Assembly (NCBI GenBank): GCA_031367385.1
Contig: JANLPS010000221.1
Coordinates: forward strand, 1-20,297
Source of the DNA: Archangium sp.
GTDB lineage: Bacteria; Myxococcota; Myxococcia; Myxococcales; Myxococcaceae
Direction: 5' to 3'
Length of the DNA stretch: 20,297 nucleotides
Under the pieces are notes generated by a model. That model did no database searches. It was not told where the DNA came from and saw nothing but the letters and a program-made list of their open reading frames with translations. The first letter of the stretch is position 1. Every line of letters begins with the position of its first letter. Position numbers and translations under genes: made by a program. Positions 17,195-20,297 of this stretch are shown piece after piece.

Positions 17195-17210
17195 AGCAGC
17201 TTCGATGCCA
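17195..17210 (-). promoter_or_regulatory. Candidate sigma-54 promoter upstream of ddl
   Basis: TGGCATCGAAGCTGCT has exact GG-N10-GC spacing and lies ~45 nt upstream of the ATG. Confidence 0.5.
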
Positions 17211-17329
17211 GCGCTGTTGCCCCCGGTGAAACGCTACAGGCCTGTACTTCGCTGTCGACTTTTTACCTCGGGGCGCGGCCGGCGAGGCACATCGCACACT
17301 GTGTGCTGACCTCTGGCCAAACGTCTGCG

Positions 17330-19240
17330 TCAGTAATTGCGCAAGTCGTCGTGGTCATCTTCCTTCTTCTTCTTCTTCGCCTCCTCGTCCTTCTTCTTCG
17401 CCTCGGCCTCCTTCGCCTTGCGCGCCTCTTCGTCCTTCTTCTTCCGCGCCTCCTCCTCACGCTTGGCCTCGGCCTCCTTCGCCTTGCGCTCCTCCTCCTC
17501 CTTCTCGCGGAGCTTTCGCTCCTCCTTTTTCGAGAGCTTCTTCTTCGGTTCTTTCTTCTCGCGCTCTTCCTGTTCGCGTTTCTCCTGCGCGGCTGCCTTC
17601 GCCTCGTCGTCTTTCTTCTTCGCTTCGGCCTCGCGAGCCTCCTTGGCGCGGCGCTCGGTCTCCGCTTGATTTTCGGGCTCAGGCGTCGGCTTCACCTCAG
17701 CCGGTCGAGGCTTCGACCAATCACTCATCTCGCGCACCGGGGCCGTCTTGGGCTTCACCGGCACAGGCTCCTCTTTCTTCTCCTCCGGCCGCTCGGCTGC
17801 CTTCACCACTGTCGGCTCAGGCTCCGGAGTGGGCTCGGGCTCGGCCGTGACTGCCGCCGACTTGCCCGTCGCCACGAAGATCGTGCCCAGCGCGAGGCTC
17901 GCCGCGCCCAGCACGAACGATACGTCGGCGACGATCGCGAACGAGCGGCCGCGGCTCGCCAGACCATCGGAGATCGACGACTGCACCTGCGTGGTGCCTC
18001 GGTAGGTCGCCACCGTCGACTGCGCCTGCAACCCCGAGAACACGCCAGCGCCCACCAATGCAGCGCCCGCCCCGAGCAGAACCAAGCCGGCCGCGCGCTT
18101 GCCAGAGATGGCTCCACCGCTGGCTTTGGTGTGAAACACCGGCCGATTGGCGACCCGCTGCGCATCGGTGGCGAGCAACAGGTCTAGCACGCTGCCCACC
18201 GTCGCCTCGTTGTTCATCGGCACCACCGCGGTCTGAAAGGCGTAGTTGTGCCCGTCACTGACATCGAGGCGCAGCGCGGTCAGGTCGATCTGCTCTCCGG
18301 CGAGGCTCTTCTTGCCGATGATCAACAGCACCTGATCAGCGCCGACCCGTTTGCCCAGCGTCATCGCGGCCTGCTCACGGGTGAGCCCCTCGGGGTCTTT
18401 GCTGATCAGCGCTTGCGCTTTGATCAGCGCCGATTGCAGCTCGGCCGGCCGAAGCGAGACCAGCCCCTCGCCCGGCGTCATCTCTTCTTGCCCCAGCGCG
18501 TACCCGCCCAGCGCAGCCGTCACCAGGTGGCGGCCGCCCATGATGTTCTTCACCAACGCCGGGCTGGCCCCGCGGTATTGGCCATCGACCCACACCGCCG
18601 CGCCAGGCGGCTCGGTTCGAACCGTCAGCTCACCCTTCGCATTGCTGGCGATGCGACGCTGCGTTTCGGCGTGCTGCAGCAATTCGGGGCTGAAAAACTG
18701 CGGGGGGAATTCGGTGCGTGCCGCGAGCGCGATGATCTTCTCGATGTCTTGCCGCGCTGGCACGATCTCGCCTCCGGTCGCGAGGCTCGAGGCCTTGAGC
18801 ACCCACGCCCGAATGAGCGCCTCGAAGTCGCCGGCCAGGTTGGTCTGCCGCAGCAACGCCAGCGCATCAATGAAGGCGGTGGTCGCCTTGGGGTCATCGA
18901 GATCATCGAGCGCTTTTTGACCATCGACGACCCGGCTCGCGGCCTGCTTGGCGGCGGTCTCACGGCCCTTGCGACCCGTCGGGTCGAAGGCGTCGACCAC
19001 CGGCAACAGCTCGAAGCGATTTGCGCGAACGATCGCCGTCTCACCTGCGTGCTCGAGCAAGCCCAACTGGGGCCGCACCTTGGCGTCGAGCCCCACGGCC
19101 AACACCACGATGCGCGGGCCACTCCCAGGAGCGGCTTCGACCAGGCCCACCATCGGCAGGCCGGCGTACGACGGCCGCGCCAAGGCCGCGATCAGCATCG
19201 CGACCAACAGGTGCACCTGAAGCCGCGCCAGGCTTTTCAT
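17330..19240 (-). CDS. Exported PEGA-domain protein with two Gly-rich hydrophobic helices and a Lys/Glu-rich C-terminal tail
   Basis: Signal peptide ending PSYA, helical TPR-like part, PEGA motif GELTVRTEPPGAAVWVDGQYRGASP...GRHLV...GY, hydrophobic hairpin, PEP linker, KE tail ending DDHDDLRNY. Confidence 0.87.
   Translation of the reverse strand: MKSLARLQVHLLVAMLIAALARPSYAGLPMVGLVEAAPGSGPRIVVLAVGLDAKVRPQLGLLEHAGETAIVRANRFELLPVVDAFDPTGRKGRETAAKQAASRVVDGQKALDDLDDPKATTAFIDALALLRQTNLAGDFEALIRAWVLKASSLATGGEIVPARQDIEKIIALAARTEFPPQFFSPELLQHAETQRRIASNAKGELTVRTEPPGAAVWVDGQYRGASPALVKNIMGGRHLVTAALGGYALGQEEMTPGEGLVSLRPAELQSALIKAQALISKDPEGLTREQAAMTLGKRVGADQVLLIIGKKSLAGEQIDLTALRLDVSDGHNYAFQTAVVPMNNEATVGSVLDLLLATDAQRVANRPVFHTKASGGAISGKRAAGLVLLGAGAALVGAGVFSGLQAQSTVATYRGTTQVQSSISDGLASRGRSFAIVADVSFVLGAASLALGTIFVATGKSAAVTAEPEPTPEPEPTVVKAAERPEEKKEEPVPVKPKTAPVREMSDWSKPRPAEVKPTPEPENQAETERRAKEAREAEAKKKDDEAKAAAQEKREQEEREKKEPKKKLSKKEERKLREKEEEERKAKEAEAKREEEARKKKDEEARKAKEAEAKKKDEEAKKKKKEDDHDDLRNY
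17400..17489. repeat. 24-bp direct repeat (GCCTCGGCCTCCTTCGCCTTGCGC at 17400-17423 and 17466-17489) in the KE-rich tail
   Basis: Read directly; encodes the repeated RKAKEAEA. Confidence 0.85.
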
Positions 19241-19361
19241 CGGCGCGCATCGTCGTTCATGAACAGCGGTCGCGCCAGCGCTTAAGTGACCGCCAATGCG
19301 GGGCGTGTGAACACCCCGTCAGCACCTGTTTCGACGGTCGCGTTCACGTTTCTTGAGCGCA

Positions 19362-20069
19362 TTATTCCGAAGCAGGGCAGGTGAACACGACGTCAGCGTC
19401 TTTGTCGGCGGTCGCGTTCACGGTCTGCACCGCTCCAGCGACCGTGTTCCCCGCCGCGTCGTAGCAATCGAAGCGAATCTTGTGCGCCCCGACCTTCACC
19501 TTCACGCCGAGCACCGGTGATGACCCGACCCGCTTGCCGTCGACGAAGACATCGGCCGTATCGCTCGCCCGAAGGTTCAGAATCGCATCGCTCGCTGCAG
19601 CGACGACCGGCGGCGGAGCGGGGACCGGAGCAGGGACCGGAGCGGGGACCGGAGCGGGGACCGGCGCTGGCACCGGCGCGACGACGACCGGCTTGACGCC
19701 CGCATCGACTACCGCGGGTTTCGGCACGACGACCGCGGCCGGAGCGCCCGCATCTGGCTTCACCGCCGCCGCCACCACCGAAGCACCCGCATCAGCCTTC
19801 GCCGGCACGCCCGCATCGGGCTTCACCGGCGCTCCCGCATCAATCACCTCAGCCGCGACCGGCACCGGCGGCTCGACCGCCGTCTTCGCCGGCACCACCG
19901 TCGCGCCCGTCACGAACACCGAAGGCAACGGTCGCATCGCGACCTTGGCGACAATCACCGGCACCGCGTCGTGCTCACGCAGCCGCAAGCTCGACTTCAC
20001 GCCGAGCCCGGCCAGGCCTAACGCCAGCACTCCGCATACGGTCACCACCAACCACTTCAGGGCTGCCAT
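19362..20069 (-). CDS. Membrane-anchored Pro/Ala/Val-rich protein with C-terminal PEGA-like domain
   Basis: Start at MAALKWLVV (20069), N-terminal TM, DAG and APVP repeats, then ILNLRASDTADVFVDGKRVGSSP...GAHKI with a Cys pair. Confidence 0.82.
   Translation of the reverse strand: MAALKWLVVTVCGVLALGLAGLGVKSSLRLREHDAVPVIVAKVAMRPLPSVFVTGATVVPAKTAVEPPVPVAAEVIDAGAPVKPDAGVPAKADAGASVVAAAVKPDAGAPAAVVVPKPAVVDAGVKPVVVAPVPAPVPAPVPAPVPAPVPAPPPVVAAASDAILNLRASDTADVFVDGKRVGSSPVLGVKVKVGAHKIRFDCYDAAGNTVAGAVQTVNATADKDADVVFTCPASE
19615..19674. repeat. 12-bp tandem repeat GGAGCGGGGACC x5 (last unit degenerate), encoding (APVP)n
   Basis: Units start at 19615, 19627, 19639, 19651 and 19663. Confidence 0.9.
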
Positions 20070-20296
20070 GACGCATCCGCCTTTTGCCGCACCGGTTCGT
20101 CGCTTTTCGTCTCGACCAACTCGTGCTTCTCCACATGAAAGCCTTCTGGAGCGGTCAAGGTAAAGAAATCGTTCGGTATCTGCGGGTTCAGCTCGATGGT
20201 GATCAGGGAGGTAGTCGCTTGGACCACCCCATTGTGCCGCTGGGTGACCAGTTTCGGCACACACAGGCCAAGGGCTTGATCGCAGTGCTCCTGGTC
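20057..20296 (-). CDS. 3' end of a LolA-like (lipoprotein carrier fold) protein, truncated by the window edge
   Basis: Open to the window edge: DQEHCDQALGLCVPKLVTQ...IELNPQIPNDFFTLTAPEGF..., like the N..(I/L)....F....P.G ending of LolA-family proteins. Overlaps the next start by 13 nt. Confidence 0.55.
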   Translation of the reverse strand, partial: DQEHCDQALGLCVPKLVTQRHNGVVQATTSLITIELNPQIPNDFFTLTAPEGFHVEKHELVETKSDEPVRQKADASWQP

Positions 20297-20297
20297 G

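Noticed and set aside
17192..18187. 331-aa Leu/Arg-rich plus-strand ORF resembling a membrane protein
   Set aside because: Antisense shadow of the K/E-rich tail of the PEGA gene.
19241..19361. Several short inverted repeats and the palindrome GTTCATGAAC as a possible ncRNA or operator
   Set aside because: Stems are only 5-6 bp in GC-rich DNA, match no RNA family I recognise, and have no second copy in the window.
19615..19674. CRISPR-like array
   Set aside because: Contiguous 12-bp in-frame coding repeats with no spacers and no cas genes.
20070..20264. N-terminal 65 codons of the 300-aa ORF 19362-20264
   Set aside because: The region is better explained by the LolA-like gene in another frame; the real start is likely 20069.

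Overview
A GC-rich (about two-thirds G+C), gene-dense chromosomal window. Gene content (Cys-rich lipoprotein, PEGA proteins, DAG/Pro-Ala linkers, sigma-54-type promoters) suggests a myxobacterium (inference). In order: 3' end of a membrane-tailed gene coupled to a Cys-rich lipoprotein; Tat-type FAD oxidoreductase; an argE - phosphoribosyltransferase - selB run; a POTRA-less Omp85 barrel; a WG-repeat protein; a central accessory block (HD-motif protein A, frameshifted remnant, sigma-54-preceded small membrane protein, NorM-type MATE pump, HD-motif protein B); DUF3667 plus a processive GT2; an M50 protease with TPR tail; a stand-alone ddl; two PEGA proteins; and the 3' end of a LolA-like gene. 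No rRNA, tRNA, CRISPR array or mobile element was seen. The most unusual observation is two paralogous HD-motif genes (about 66% identical gapless cores, unrelated N-termini) that bracket the MATE block and share an exact 19-bp start block containing a TTGGA-N2-TCCAA palindrome over the ribosome-binding site. All family calls are from motif recognition; no searches were run.
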